A stretch of DNA of 64,000 bases from Chrysomallon squamiferum (lineage: Eukaryota; Animalia; Mollusca): positions 434,001 through 498,000 of the forward strand of contig CM022672.1 of NCBI GenBank assembly GCA_012295275.1. The letters are read 5' to 3'. Both the position numbers and the translations under genes were made by a program. Shown in pieces: positions 24,697-39,600 of this stretch (within the stretch, counting starts at the first letter, position 1; each line of letters begins with the position of its first letter). The notes under the pieces are model-generated. The model ran no database searches. It was not told where the DNA came from and saw nothing but the letters and a program-made list of their open reading frames with translations.

Positions 24697-27600
24697 TAAT
24701 GATAATGATAATGATAATAATAAAGATAACAATAATAACAAGTGTAATAACCTGAAGAGCACTAGAAGGAAAGTCGGAGTCTCTCAGCTGTTCGTAGTAA
24801 TTCTCCATCATGTAAAATGTCATTGCCCACATCGTCATAGCAAACTGCTCACTGGTAATACAAGCACTACAACAACAACAATAATCAGCAGTTATATTAG
24901 TGTTAAATAATTTATTAAAATTTAAAAACTTTTTACTGAGATAATGACTGAATGTGTAACAAAAATAAACAAGTATTTATTATTAAAGCACAAATTATTA
25001 AGAAAAACAACATCTACATTTAAACACTAACAAAAGTTTTATTTGCTAAGGATGAAGATATTTATAAAAATTAAAATTCTAAATAATTAACTTTTTATAC
25101 CAGCAACTTTTGAGATCAGTAAACTTTTTTTTAGCTTAAATACACAAGATATGAAATATATGTTTTTGTTTGTTTACTTGTTTACACAATGTATGAAATA
25201 AATTAATTTTGTTTATTTGTTTACAGTGAATGAAATAGATTTGATTTTGTTTACTTGTTTACAAAATGTATGAAATAGATTAGTTTTGTTTACTTGTTTA
25301 CAGTGAATGAAATAGATTTGATTTTGTTTACTTGTTTACATAATGTATGAAATAGATTAGTTTTGTTTACTTGTTTACAGCAGACAGGTGTTTGAGGAGG
25401 AAACTGGTGATGGTGGGTAGGAGGGAGCGGGTCAGATCTGACTGCCCTGACTCCAGCAGGTAGAGAACCCCATGAAGCACAGACACTTTGCTGGGTAGGT
25501 GGGTGCTTCTCAGCCCCGCCTCAATTAGTTTGATCACTTTCTCTGATGTCACAGTGTCCTGAAGCACAAACATGACTCTTGAAATTACATTTACTGAATT
25601 AAATAGTAAAAACTAACATTTACAGACAAATACTACTGAATTAAATACTAAACAACTTACAGTTACATACAAATACTACTGAATTAAATACTAAACAACT
25701 TACAGTTACATACAAATACTACTGAATTAAATACTAAACAACTTATTTACACACAAATACTACTGAATTAAATACTAAACAATTTAGAATTACACACAAA
25801 TACTACTGACTGAAGAATTTACAATTACACACAAATACTACTGAATACACTATTAAATAATTTATCTTGTCCATTTTACTACTTGCTACGTATTTTAGTT
25901 TGCAGTTTTAAAAAATATATAATAATTTTAATATCTGCTTAACAATACTGAAAAATGTTAGCATTATTGTTATTAGAAAATTAAATATGTTGTTTTTTGC
26001 TGGGTTTTTTTAAAATTATATTTAAAATGTGAGGTATTTTCATATCAGTGAATTACAAATTATTTAAGAAAATATATTACAACTTGAGCTGCGAGGCCTT
26101 TATACATCAGGCAACATTGTAAAACTTTAATTAATAAAGGGAAAACCCCCTAAACCAACTGCTTCTTAAAATAAACGATAACAGTCTTATGGTTTGTTTT
26201 ATTTCTTTTCAAAGGTAAATAATCTGTAAAAACATCTAAATTTTCTTTTACCTAACTTTACTAGCCTATTTTAGGGATACAGTTGTTAGCAATTCTTAAA
26301 ACAAAAAGCCCCCACTTACTGAACCAACAACAGCAACTGCCTTGCAGATTCCCACGTTGAGATACTGAGCAACTAGTTCATCTTCTGATGGGTGCAACCG
26401 CAACACCTCCAATAGTGTGTCCAACATCCACTCAAACTGTTCTCTCTCCATGAACAGATCTGACAACAAGACAATCTGAAATGAGAGTTAACAACTTTTA
26501 CCGTATTTAAACTATACTGTGTCTTTACACAGTGTTTACATAACACTGTTCTCATGGTACTAGTATAATACATCTACTTACTATTCTGATAAATAATTTG
26601 AGCTCAGTACACTACATTTGTTGTCATTTGAGCAATGTGTTTAATCACCTGTATCTTCAGATCTAAAAAAAAAGAACTGAATAATACTTCCTGTCTGACA
26701 GAAGAACTGAGTAACTGATAATTTCTACTCACTGATCTGACAACAGAATTGAGTAATGTGATTATTTTCACTAACCAATGAGACAGAAGAACTGAGCAAC
26801 ATGATAATTTCTACTCACTGATCTGACAGAAGAATTGAGCAACATCAGCGCTGGTTTGCTGTTGCCCTCGTAGGACAGCCAAGGACCAAAGAGTTCCTGA
26901 AGGAACTGCAGACAAGAGTGAATGTCCAGACCACTCAAAGCCAGTGATCTCTCTCGTGTTTCCATTGGTGATGTCACCATCAGCGACTTGGCACCATTAC
27001 GTGGTGAACTGTCTGGACTGTCTGTTGTGTCAGAACCAGAAATATTTGAATCTACAGTCCCAACCACAGACCAGATGGCTTCCATAGACACCTAAAAATA
27101 ACAATCATACTGTTTTATTATCAGAATTTTAATAAGAAATATTTGGAATCTAGAGTCCCAACCACAGACCAGATAGCTTCCATAGACACCCAAAAATAAC
27201 AGTAGTCACACTGTATAATAAAACAAATTTTCATTAGAAATCTTATGATTAAATATAATGCATAGACAAACATAACAGGTGAAATTTATTATGCTGTACA
27301 GTAATTTTAAATTAGTATTATAAATTTTATTGAAAGTTGCAACCTAGCAAGTAATATATAAGACAAGCATATATTATGTTGTTGTTTTTTATCAGTATAA
27401 AACTATTTGTATTTATAAATCTAGTAACAAAACCATCATATACAGTACTAGTGTTAAACTGCTGCAAAAACCTAATGCACAATATTAGAGACAAACAAAA
27501 TTCACAAACTCACCTGTCCAAGGTGGAAGTCCTCGGAGCCTAGAGCTCTGTCTAGATTGTCTTCAAAGAGGTCACAGTGAACTGTGTCTGTCTTCTTCCT

Positions 27601-30600
27601 GCACGCTGTGTACGAGCAGTGACACATTCGATCTGGTCTGTGACACACAAACAAACTTCTTAACACAACAATCTATACTTTACCTAAATCAAGTTCTAAT
27701 TATGTAGTTGTAAATGTATATTTTAAATAGTTTGGCTAAACAACTAAATTATTTTCAAACCTCAATGTTTGTCAGAAATATCTCTTGTAAAAAAAATATT
27801 GCTTTTCCTCTTCTTTAATTTTTCATTTATTTATTTAACATGTTTTAGTAGATATTTTAATTTCATTTTAACTGTAAGCTATATATTAATATAGGAAATG
27901 ACATAAAAAGATTCTTACTTTTCTGCACACAGGTTGTGTATTTCTTGTTCTATCAGACCTCGAATCATTGATAGTTTCTTGCCACATCTACAAACACAGA
28001 AATAACAATTTACAACAAACACGGTACGTAAACAAATAATAAAAGATTTCACAGTTATGTTATACAAATAACGTGCACAAACATTTTAATATACTAAAAT
28101 CCTTTTTGAATAATCTATTTTGTTCAGGTTATATTTTGTGGCTACAATTTCTGTAGACCAAATAAAATACAAGAATATATCATAAAGTAACTCATTCAAG
28201 AGTAACACTTACAAGTGAGGTTTTGTCCTACCTTGTTTGAAGAAAGGCAAAAGATTTCTTGTACCAAGTTTAAAGAAAGGTACAGGTTTGTCTTACCTGA
28301 CTTAAAAAAGATAGAATTTTGTCTTATCTGGTTTCAAGAGAGTAGAGGTTTGTCTTATATGGTTTAAAAAAAGGTAAGTGTTTGTCTGGTTTAAAGAAAT
28401 GTAGAGGTTTGACTTACCTGGTTTGGAGGAAGGTCAGAGGTTTGTCACGAGGTTGTACTTCCAGTGCACTATTACATGGGTTACCAGCCACAGGTATCAG
28501 CGTTGACTGCAACAACAACATCGTGATTGCTCTGATAGCAATCACCATGCACTGTGTTCTCTCTACATCCTCCTGAAACAATGAACATCAATATAAACAC
28601 AAACCCAACTATTTTAGTCTAATCTGAATGGATAGTAAAATCAATTTTCAAGACAGCACAAAATTAAACAACTTTTTATTAAAAAAAATAAATATGAGAG
28701 TGAAATGAAGAGTATAATTTTCAGAGAAATGACAAAATGACATCAAATGTCAGATTTGTAAAACATTAGTCTGAAGTAGAAATTTAATATTTCTTTTGAT
28801 TGTCTTTACAAACAGTGATATAAAACTTGTATGATTAACTTACTTCTGGTGTGAGGTCCCGGCCAGTCGAAGCTGGATTTAATAAACCGAGAAAACTCAT
28901 CCATGTCTCTTCAAACTGTTTTCTGTTCACCCAGCCTGAAACAGATCACACTGATTATTAACTGTTTGAAACAGATTCTTACCCTCATCTAAATTCAATT
29001 CTCAAATCAGATACTTAAATTTAATGGTCCTCAGAGTCATTATGCAGTACCAAAACAAATTACCTCACAAAACAGAGAACATTAACACATTTGCCATTCA
29101 TTCAAAATGCCCATCACCAGCCTATCAAAGGCTCTGTAATGTTTTATCAAATATTTCAGCTACAAATCATAATGATAGCTTATGAAGTTGATGCAGTATG
29201 TTTCATAAGATACAACATTTAAGATACAACATTTAACAAACATAAAATACAAAAGAAGAAAAGTAAAAATACCAAGTGTGTTGATTCTGTAGACAAATTC
29301 TTTCAAAACATCTTTCTCCAGGAGGAAATCAACAGGCAAGGAAGGTAACTGTGTTTTCAAATCACCAGTAGGCGACGGGGACCAGCCCAGTTTCCAAACT
29401 AGCGGAGGGGTGCGAGCATACGTGTTCACTAGAGGTAGCCTGGCCAAACCTACAAAACAGTGAAGTTATCAGTTTATTCAGTGTGTGAAGAAATTAAAAA
29501 TAAAGTATCAATTAATTAAACAAATAATTTGAAAGGGATTCCAAAGAGATTCCAAAGAATACCAGAAAAGATGATTTTTTTTTTTCAGAATCAATTGTGT
29601 CAATTGCAGATAGTTTATGAAATAAATAGTTTGTAAATATTTTATGTTAGAAAGGGTTTTATAAAACAACTTATAGAAGACTACAAGTAACATAAACAGT
29701 CCTTTAGATATTGAGTAAATACTGAAACATTTTTCTAAAATAAACCCAATTTTTTTAATACTACATCTTTTACAGATCTGAAACTTGTTTATAGTTAGTT
29801 TTTGTATGACGAGTGTGAAGAGATATAAAGAACAGTGTGTAAATACGACCTCACCAATGATAATGTTTCTGACAGGTGCAGCAAGGGAGGCTGGAAATGA
29901 GAGTGCAGTAGTTGAGTTACTTCTCAATCTTGTCTGAAGACAATGAACCAGCTCAGAAATCTGATCACATGCTCGAATCAGACTGGAAAATTCTGTGAAC
30001 AAAACAAAAATCATGTCTGTGTGTCCATTTGTAACCAACTGAACATTTTTATAAATAAAACAAAAATCATGTATGTGTGTGTGTGTTCATATCAGACTGG
30101 AAAATTCTCCAATACAGAAACACCCCAAAAATTATTGTGCATGCTTGTATGTATGTATGTACTGTATGTATGAGGTGTGTACATATCTGCAGCAGAGTAA
30201 AGACTGTGTTACCATCAGTTGTATTAGTGACTGGTTCCTCATATCTGTCCTGATGAGCCAGCAAGGCAACTTTCACTCCAGGAAGAACGGTCACTGAAAA
30301 TAATACACTGCATTATCTCTAGTTATAACAAAACAGTGTTGTTAACCAGGTTGTGTACACAAACTGATAATGAATGAAAGCAGTTGTACAGTCTGAGTGA
30401 CATGTAACTGACAATTTTCTAAATTAACAGAACCAGTGTATGAAAAACAGATTCATAGTTCATTGGTGCAACAAATAACCAAAATATTATACATTTTATA
30501 CATGTAGGTTCATCAAAAATGTAAAAATTATGTTTGTGAAAGATATCTGTATTTGGTTAATGCACTTACATCATTTTATAAACTGGTAAATAACCTTACA

Positions 30601-33600
30601 TAAGCTTGTAAATATATTTGTTCTTACATGAGGCTACAAGTTGGTAAACTGTGTTGATGATGACACAGACCCAGGTGTAGTTGTCACTCTGACCAATGAC
30701 AGCAGAAAACTGACTGTTCTGTAGAACCAGGGACACACACTCGAGACAAGTCTGTAGTTGTTCTGATGTGGGCAGCTGGTCGTGATGTAACAAGTAACCG
30801 AGAATCTGTAATTACATTAATTTTTGTGATATATACAGCTAAACTGCAGTAAAAACAAATAACTCAGAATTCTTAATTATAGCAAGACATTTTTACTTGT
30901 ATTTGTAATATTTATATAAATAAATCAGATAACTAAAAATGTGTAATTATAGTAAAACTTTTTTTTTTTTATTTGTGATATATTACACAGTTTAAACAAA
31001 TAACTCAGAATTTGTAATTGTAGTAAAACAATTTATATCTGCAATTACATCATGACAGTTTAACACATGACAACTTTGAAACTGTTAATTAAATAATCAT
31101 TTATGTTTTCTGTTTTCATGATACGATGTTTCAAAAAGTTTTTACTTAATATTAGGCTATAATTGGGCCAATATGCGGTAATACATGCATATTTAGATAA
31201 TGTATGCAAAGAAAAATTCATTACCACGTGATAAACAGTTAGAAAATGAACTCCGGTTTTGTGGTCTTTTCAGGTGTGTTTAATAAACTGTAACAAAACA
31301 AACTCAAAAACAAACATTTTATGTCTGACAAAAAAACATTTACCTCAACACAAAGTACACAGAATCGACACACATCATATACTGATTCTGCAGGAACTGC
31401 TGGTTTCCATGGAAACCTCTGAATGGCTACTAGGTACTGGACAAGGGCAGTGGAGATGTGAAAGTTCATGACAAACCAGGTGCTGTCAGTGAACAGATCC
31501 TCGATGTGCTCCATGTATCGCCTCTGACTGGAGTTACACTTGTTTCCAAACACCATTATCTGATGTGGCACAGACATATGGTTCACAATATTGTTGATGT
31601 GTCTGAACATTGTCAGGTGGGATGCCTTGAACAGTGTGTCCAGTTCAGGGTCAGATGGGGGCAGTTTCTGGTCAGCGGTAAGTTCACGATCACGATTGTA
31701 ACGAACAAGAGTTCTGTAGGCTCCTAGTGATATACACTCCTCCAGTATTGACAAACTAAACTCCTTCAATGAGAAAACAACAATCACTTTACTACTAACT
31801 TTTTAAATATAATCCAATGATCACAACTAATCATTCCAAGATTTTATTTTTTATTTGTTTTCTTCTTTACGGAAATAACATATATATTTTATTTTTTTTG
31901 TGTGTGGATAAAATAAAATAATTAATTAGACATGTCCAGCTTAAAGAAATGTAAGTATTACAGCACAGTGAATAAATTCTTTAAAACATTACTGCCTATA
32001 GATTGACTGTCTTTATCTGTAAAATGATTTCAAATATTTCTACAAATTAAATTCAGGGTTGAGAAATTGAATATCCACAGAGAGATGTTACAAACCTTTG
32101 TCATAGTTATAGGCAGAATGTCAGCATAATCTATCTTCTGTAGGAGAAAGGCACATTCTCGAGGGTTGGGCTGAGCACTGAAACACTGGTCTTTAACAAT
32201 CGACAAATACAAATCCTGGCAGAAAATATATATTTTTTTTTAGTATACTTGTGTATATTGACAAGTTTATCAAAAATAACATTTGTTCAATTTTTCTGTC
32301 AATTAAAAAATATTTTTAGAATCTGGAATAATGAAATCTAATACTATCTTGGTTTATAATTAAGTGTTTAGTTTTGGGGACTTCTTGATTTAGGATATTA
32401 TATAATCATTACTTCTGATCATCTGTATGAAATATTATAAAAATAAAATTCAATCTAATATTTGGCTCATTAAAAAAAAATATTTAAAACTTTTAGGACA
32501 AAAATAAATTTATTTATCAGTATCATCAATTGAAAATAAATATCAGTGTCTGTATACAGATATGTTTACCTTGTTTATGTTAATGTCAGTGAGTTTAGCT
32601 GGCACCAACACAAGAGGATGAGTTTTGGCTGGAGATAACATCTGTTTGCAGTCACAGTCAGGCCCAAATATTGTCTGCAGTTTGCATAGGAGAGAGGCTA
32701 ACCTGGCATGTCTGTGTAAAATATATAAACAGTACACAGATAAATACAGTAAGTCTGCTAGATATATGTTACTGTATATTACTATAGAAGAGGTTAATCT
32801 GGTATCTGTGTAAAATATATAAACACAGATAAATACGGTAAGTCTGCTAGATATATGTTACTGTATATTACTATAGAAGAGGTTAATCTGGTATCTGTGT
32901 AAAATATATAAACACAGATAAATACGGTAAGTCTGCTAGATATATGTTACTGTATATTACTATAGAAGAGGTTAATCTGGTATGTCTGCGTAAAATATAT
33001 AAACACAGATAAATACGGTAAGTCTGCTAGATATATGTTACTGTCTATTACTATAGAAGAGGTTAATCTGGTATGTCTGCGTAAAATATATAAACACAGA
33101 TAAATACGGTAAGTCTGCTAGATATATGTTACTGTATGTTACTACAGAAGAGGTTAATCTGGTATCTGTGTAAAATATATAAACACAGATAAATACAGTA
33201 AGTCTGCTAGATATATGTTACTGTATATTACTATAGAAGAGGTTAATCTGGTATGTCTGTGTAAAATATATAAACAGTACACAGATAAATTCAGTAAGTC
33301 TGCTAGATATATGTTACTGTATATTACTATAGAAGAGGCTAATCTGGTATCTGTGTAAAATATATAAACAGTACACAGATAAATACAGTAAGTCTGCTAG
33401 ATATATGTTACTGTATGTTACTACAGAAGAGGTTAATCTGGTATCTGTGTAAAATATATAAACACAGATAAATACAGTAAGTCTGCTAGATATATGTTAC
33501 TGTATGTTACTACAGAAGAGGTTAATCTGGTATGTCTGTGTAAAATATATAAACACAGATAAATACAGTAAGTCTGCTAGATATATGTTACTGTATGTTA

Positions 33601-36600
33601 CTACAGAAGAGGTTAATCTGGTATCTGTGTAAAATATATAAACAGTACACAGATAAATACAGTAAGTCTGCTAGATATATGTTACTGTATGTTACTATAG
33701 AAGAGGCTAATCTGGTATCTGTGTAAAATATATAAAGACAGATAAATACAGTAAGTCTGCTAGATATATGTTACTGTATGTTACTATAGAAGAGGTTAAT
33801 CTGGTATCTGTGTAAAATATATAAACACAGATAAATACAGTAAGTCTGCTAGATATATGTTACTGTATATTACTATAGAAGAGGTTAATCTGGTATCTGT
33901 GTAAAATATATAAACACAGATAAATACAGCAAGTCTACTAGATATATGTTACTGTATATTACTATAGAAGAGGCTAATCTGGTATCTGTGTAAAATATAT
34001 AAACACAGATAAATACAATAAGTCTGCTAGATATATGTTACTGTATGTTACTATAGAAGAGGCTAATCTGGTATCTGTGTAAAATATATAAACACAGATA
34101 AATACAGTAAGTCTGCTAGATATATGTTACTGTATATTACTATAGAAGAGGTTAATCTGGTATCTGTGTAAAATATATAAACACAGATAAATACAGTAAG
34201 TCTGCTAGATATATATTACTGTATGTTACTATAGAAGAGGCTAATCTGGTATGTCTGTGTAAAATATATAAACAGTTCTACATACACAGGTAAACACAGC
34301 ATGCTATAGAAGAAATTATGTGTGAAACAAACAGTCCTATGTGTCAGTGTAAATACTTTCTACACTTCACAAGGAAATACAGTAAACAGATGTAAGTTAT
34401 TGCAGACCTGGTATGTGTTAAAAGAATCAGTTTAGTCTATACAACTACGTAGTTACCAACAGAAGTGTCAAAGACTGTAATTAATCATTATAGAAAAAAA
34501 TATTTACACAGATAACAAAGTCTATACAACTATGTAGTTACCTACAGTAAGTGTTACAGACTGTAATTAATCATTATAGATTAAAATATTTACATACATA
34601 ACATTATTATTATCAATAAAAACAAATCTTCTATGTTCATTTAACTATTAATAATTATAAATATTATGAAAAAATACCTTCTTATTAAACCATTTGATTT
34701 CATGAATTGTAAGAGTTTTTCTAAGTCTTCTTGTGGCAGTTGTTTGCTGCATTCCTATTCCAAAATACAACAAAAAATAATAATACATGAACAACATTAC
34801 AGCACAATTTGCTAACACTACAAGTTTGACGTATATATCAGTGACCATCTACTGATAAACTATCACAAGCAGCATTATCATCTGACTCAAAGCAATCAAT
34901 TTTAAGAGATTTTTTTAAAAATCAGACAAGGAGAAAGTGTAATTATAATCTGACAGTGACTCTTCAACCTAATTGGAATTTTCTAAACACACTGACCTCG
35001 TGGTGTTCTGCTAACAACATCTCCACTCTGCGACAGGCAATGCTGTCACACATTCTGGCCACTGCAAGCTGATGTGTGTTGAGAAACTTGTCAATGAGCA
35101 ATGTCAATAACGCACCACTCTGAGATAGATGAATGGCTTCCAGACATCGCAGAGTTTTCTTCACAGCTGATGGCTACAATTCATTATTTCAAAGAACATG
35201 TTTTATTTAACAATAATCAGTCCAAGAATGTATTAATTAATTGACACCCAACACTTCAAAAAATATGTTTATTGCAATTAGAAAATACTGAATCGTTAAT
35301 TTAATTCCTTTTGAAAAATATGATTCATAATTTTTCATACTAATACATTTTTTTTTTATTATTATTCTTTTTTAAATTATATTTATTTATTAATTTTTTA
35401 TTATATTTTCTAATAATTAAAATTTATTGGAAATTCATACCACACTTTTTAAAATGTAATAAATACATAAGACAATAATATACTGATATGAACATAGCAT
35501 ATCCCATGTACAAAACAGAAACTGGAGTATAAACGGAAGCTCAAACTAATCTGTCCATCGGGTATACACCTACAACTATTAGTACAGATCAACCCAATGC
35601 ATACATGGAATAAACAGATTTTATATATTACCTTGTTAACATTATCACAGCGAGCATGGATGGCCTGAATAAACAAACTGCTGGCAGCAGAGTTCCGATG
35701 AATAGCACTGTTATAAAACAAGTTTGTGAAATTTTATTTATGTTGAATAACTCACAAAACACCATTACAAAATACATTCCTTGATTACAGGTTTGAAGAA
35801 AATAAAAACACTTTCATTAAATTTTACTGATTTAGTGTAAATGTTACTTCTGTAGAAAAACAAACACCAAAAACACTTGGTACAGACCTAGCCAGAATCT
35901 GAGATATGAAAATAACAAGGTTTATTGTATTATCTGTTTAGCAAGCTATTAAAAAAACAAACAAAAAAGTGAATGGTTGAAATAATATAAAAACAGCAAA
36001 ATCAAAAAACAGTGAGACAAGCAGAAATATAAAATTATGAAATTAATTTTTAAAATATATTTTTAACATTTACCTGATAAAATCTTGAACAGGGGGTTCA
36101 TGGGATAGGTCGATGATATCACTGACATGGTTAATAATTAACCAGGTCATGTGCTCTGCATCATTGAGGTTCTCACACTAATTAAACACAAAATAATGGG
36201 ACAGGTTAATTAGAAAAACAATCTTTCATGCTCATTATTACACACAAATCTTTTATTTTTCTAATGTAAATTTTACTTTTATCAAACTCTCTTTTTCAAT
36301 GTTTTCTTAAATATTAATATTTTTTCTGACAATGTGATAAATTTCTTAATCAGAACAAATATTATTTAAAAAGAAAAAAATTTAAAATATTCTAACATTG
36401 CATTTCTCCCACAAATGGATCAATAAATAAACTCCTGAAAACACGACTGACAATACAAGCAGATTGGATCAGTACGTAATGACGTGAACTGTGATAATAA
36501 AATTTAGTTTTAATCAATGTGTGAATACAAAGTAACACTGACCACGTAGTCTGAGAAGAGAACCAGTCCAACTCTACGTAAGAGTTCCAATCTACAACAC

Positions 36601-39600
36601 TGCACTCTGTGTTTGGCTAACTCACATCTGTTTGGTGTCTGGTGGCTGAAAGATGTATAAGATATATATGCACACACACACACACACACAAAAATTCTAA
36701 AACTCAGGGCTTTCAAGGAGATACTCTGAAGATATAAATACTGATAGAATACATCTACAACAAGTAAATGGTGAGAAGGTTGAAATACTGATAAAATACA
36801 GAAACAACAAGTAAATAATGTGAAGGTAGAAATACTGATAGAATACAGCAACAACAAGTAAATACTGTGAAGATAGAAATATTGGTTAACTAACCCAGGG
36901 CTGACAAGAAGATATTTTGGAGGTGTGTGTAGAATCTGACTCCAGAGATTTTCATCATCGACATTGAGCAGAATGAGGATGTTGCACCAGAGTATTGTGA
37001 CATTGGGAAAAGATGTACTTAGTGCCAGCATGAAGTGGTTGATGTGAGGGATGTTGTAGAGACATTCTGGGTATTTTTCCTTGGACAGATACATGGCTGC
37101 TGTGGCAACTCTTCTAAACAAACCTGAACAACACAAGAACAAACAAACAAATGATGATGATGATGATGATGGTGGTGATGACTGTAATTATTATAATGAT
37201 ATTAATAAGAGTAACTAACCTGACTGGAACATGTGTGTGACATACAGCAGTAGATGTAACAACTGCTGAACAAGAAACACACAGTCATCACTGGACGTAC
37301 TGACAAGAGTAGACACTTTACTAAGTGTCTCTGCACTCACTCCTATCACCTGCATCAGTAACCTGCAGTTAAACAGGCAAACAAAATAGAACAAATAAAA
37401 ATTCACTGTCATAAATAATTTATTAGTTTCATGGTAAGTAAAATTATCTACAATCTACACTAGAATAAAAACTTGATCTAAATGCTAATATTATATTCTG
37501 ATACCACTTTAATCCAAAAATTAACATTACTTTACATATCATAGAACCTTTGATAAACAAACTGTATGACACTAGATAAAAAAAAAGGAAGAAAGAACAT
37601 CTTATTTAATGAAACCTTTATTGTGACACCTTCTGTGATTATATGTCATGTTACTAACTTGCTTATATGTTCATTAACTTACAAACAAATGCCAAACATG
37701 CACACACACATCAAATTATTTTTAAACATTACTTACCATGCAAATGTCATTTCTGGATCTAGATCTGGCAGTAATTCAATGCCAGCTAGTTCCGGATCTT
37801 CTGGTCCAACATGTCGAGTAAGGGGGACAACCAAACCAACTTCCTGTAGACGAGACAAAACAACATCTTCCTTGGACTGGACAATTAGAACTCGAAGTGT
37901 TGACAAAATTAAACACAGCCAACTCTGTAAACCCTGAGTGCATGACTGAAAGAAAACAAAAATAATTATTACAGTATTTATTAATTTATAAATTTACAAG
38001 TTTCATTCTGCTTTATATAATAATGTTCGATTAAACTTGTATTAAATACTGGATTTTAATGTGTTCTTTTAGAATATTAAAAAGAAGGATTGCTTTTTTT
38101 TGTTTTTTTTAATAATAACAAAGGTTTTCCTGTTATTAATAAATTAGTTGTCTATAAATGAATTAACATCAAGTTAGTGTTTGACATCAGATAAATAACA
38201 CTGTTTTGTCCAAAGTCAAACTACTTGATCATAACAAATCCCAGTTCATTATAAACAACACTGTGTTATACATTTCCAGTATCTAAATTAAAATATTCTC
38301 AACCCAGTGGAGATGAATCTGTGATAAAAACACTTGCAATGTCTGAGGCTGGTGCAAACAGAGTTTTGAGTAAGATGTCAACAGGTCTGAACACACTGGG
38401 AGCAACAGATTCAAACAGCCGATGTAGAGTGTCTAGTGATCTCTGACTTGTCAAACTTATCTGAAACATATAGTAGTTAATGTTCTTAAAATAGTAAATT
38501 AAGTAGTACATTAACTAACTAACAGCAAATTAACTCACTGAAGAAGAATATTTACTCACTGAAATAACACATTTACTGACTGATGTAGCACTGTATTAAC
38601 TCTGTTATATATTTAGTTTATATAATATGGTGATAAAAAAGGTATACACATTGTAATAATTCAATAATACCATTTATCATTTCCAAGTTAGTACAATATA
38701 AATTTAACCTCAACTCTGTTTAAGATTTCAGAGAAAATCCATAAAAACTAATTATAAAGCAATAACAGGATGTTTTATGTAAATAACTTTATCATTAGTA
38801 ATGTTTTCTAATGTGGGTTTGTCAGAAAAATGACTGGTCATTCAAACTGACCTGCTGTCTGGACAATGCTGGCAGCACCATGTCCATCACCTGACGTGAC
38901 AGTCTTTTCCACTTCTCCTCACTTTCCCTGTGACACTGCTGTAACACAATGACAAACATCTCCAGAGCCTGCAACACAAACAAAACACAAACTAACATTT
39001 ATATCTGCTGAAACACAAACTATCATTTAAAATCTGCTGAAACACAAACTATCATTTAAAGTCTGCTGAAACACAAACAACATAGAACCTATCATTTATA
39101 GTTTGCTGAAACACAAACAACACACAAACTATCATTTATATCTGCTGAAACACAAACAACACAAACTATCATTTATAGTCTGCTGAAACACAAACAACAC
39201 AAACTATCATTTATGGTCTACTGAAACACAAACACACAAACTAACATTTATAGTTTGCTGAAACACAAACAACACAAACTATCATTTATGGTCTGCTGAA
39301 AACAAACAAACACACAAACTAACATTTATAGTTTGCTGAAACACAAACAACACACAAACTAACATTTATATCTGCTGAAACACAAACAACACAAACTATC
39401 ATTTATAGTCTGCTGAAACACAAACAACACAAACTATCATTTAAAGTCTGCTGAAACACAAACACACAAACTATCATTTATAGTCTGCTGCAACACAAAC
39501 AACACACAAACTAACATTTACAGTCTGCTGAAACACAAACAACACACAAACTATCATTTATAGTCATAAAACAAATTGTTAATGTACTCAACAGATGTGT

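Noticed and set aside
32688-34275. CRISPR-like appearance of regular arrays (also 38968-39565 and 47557-47992)
   Set aside because: Units are head-to-tail with no unique spacers, there are no cas genes, and the context is eukaryotic introns.
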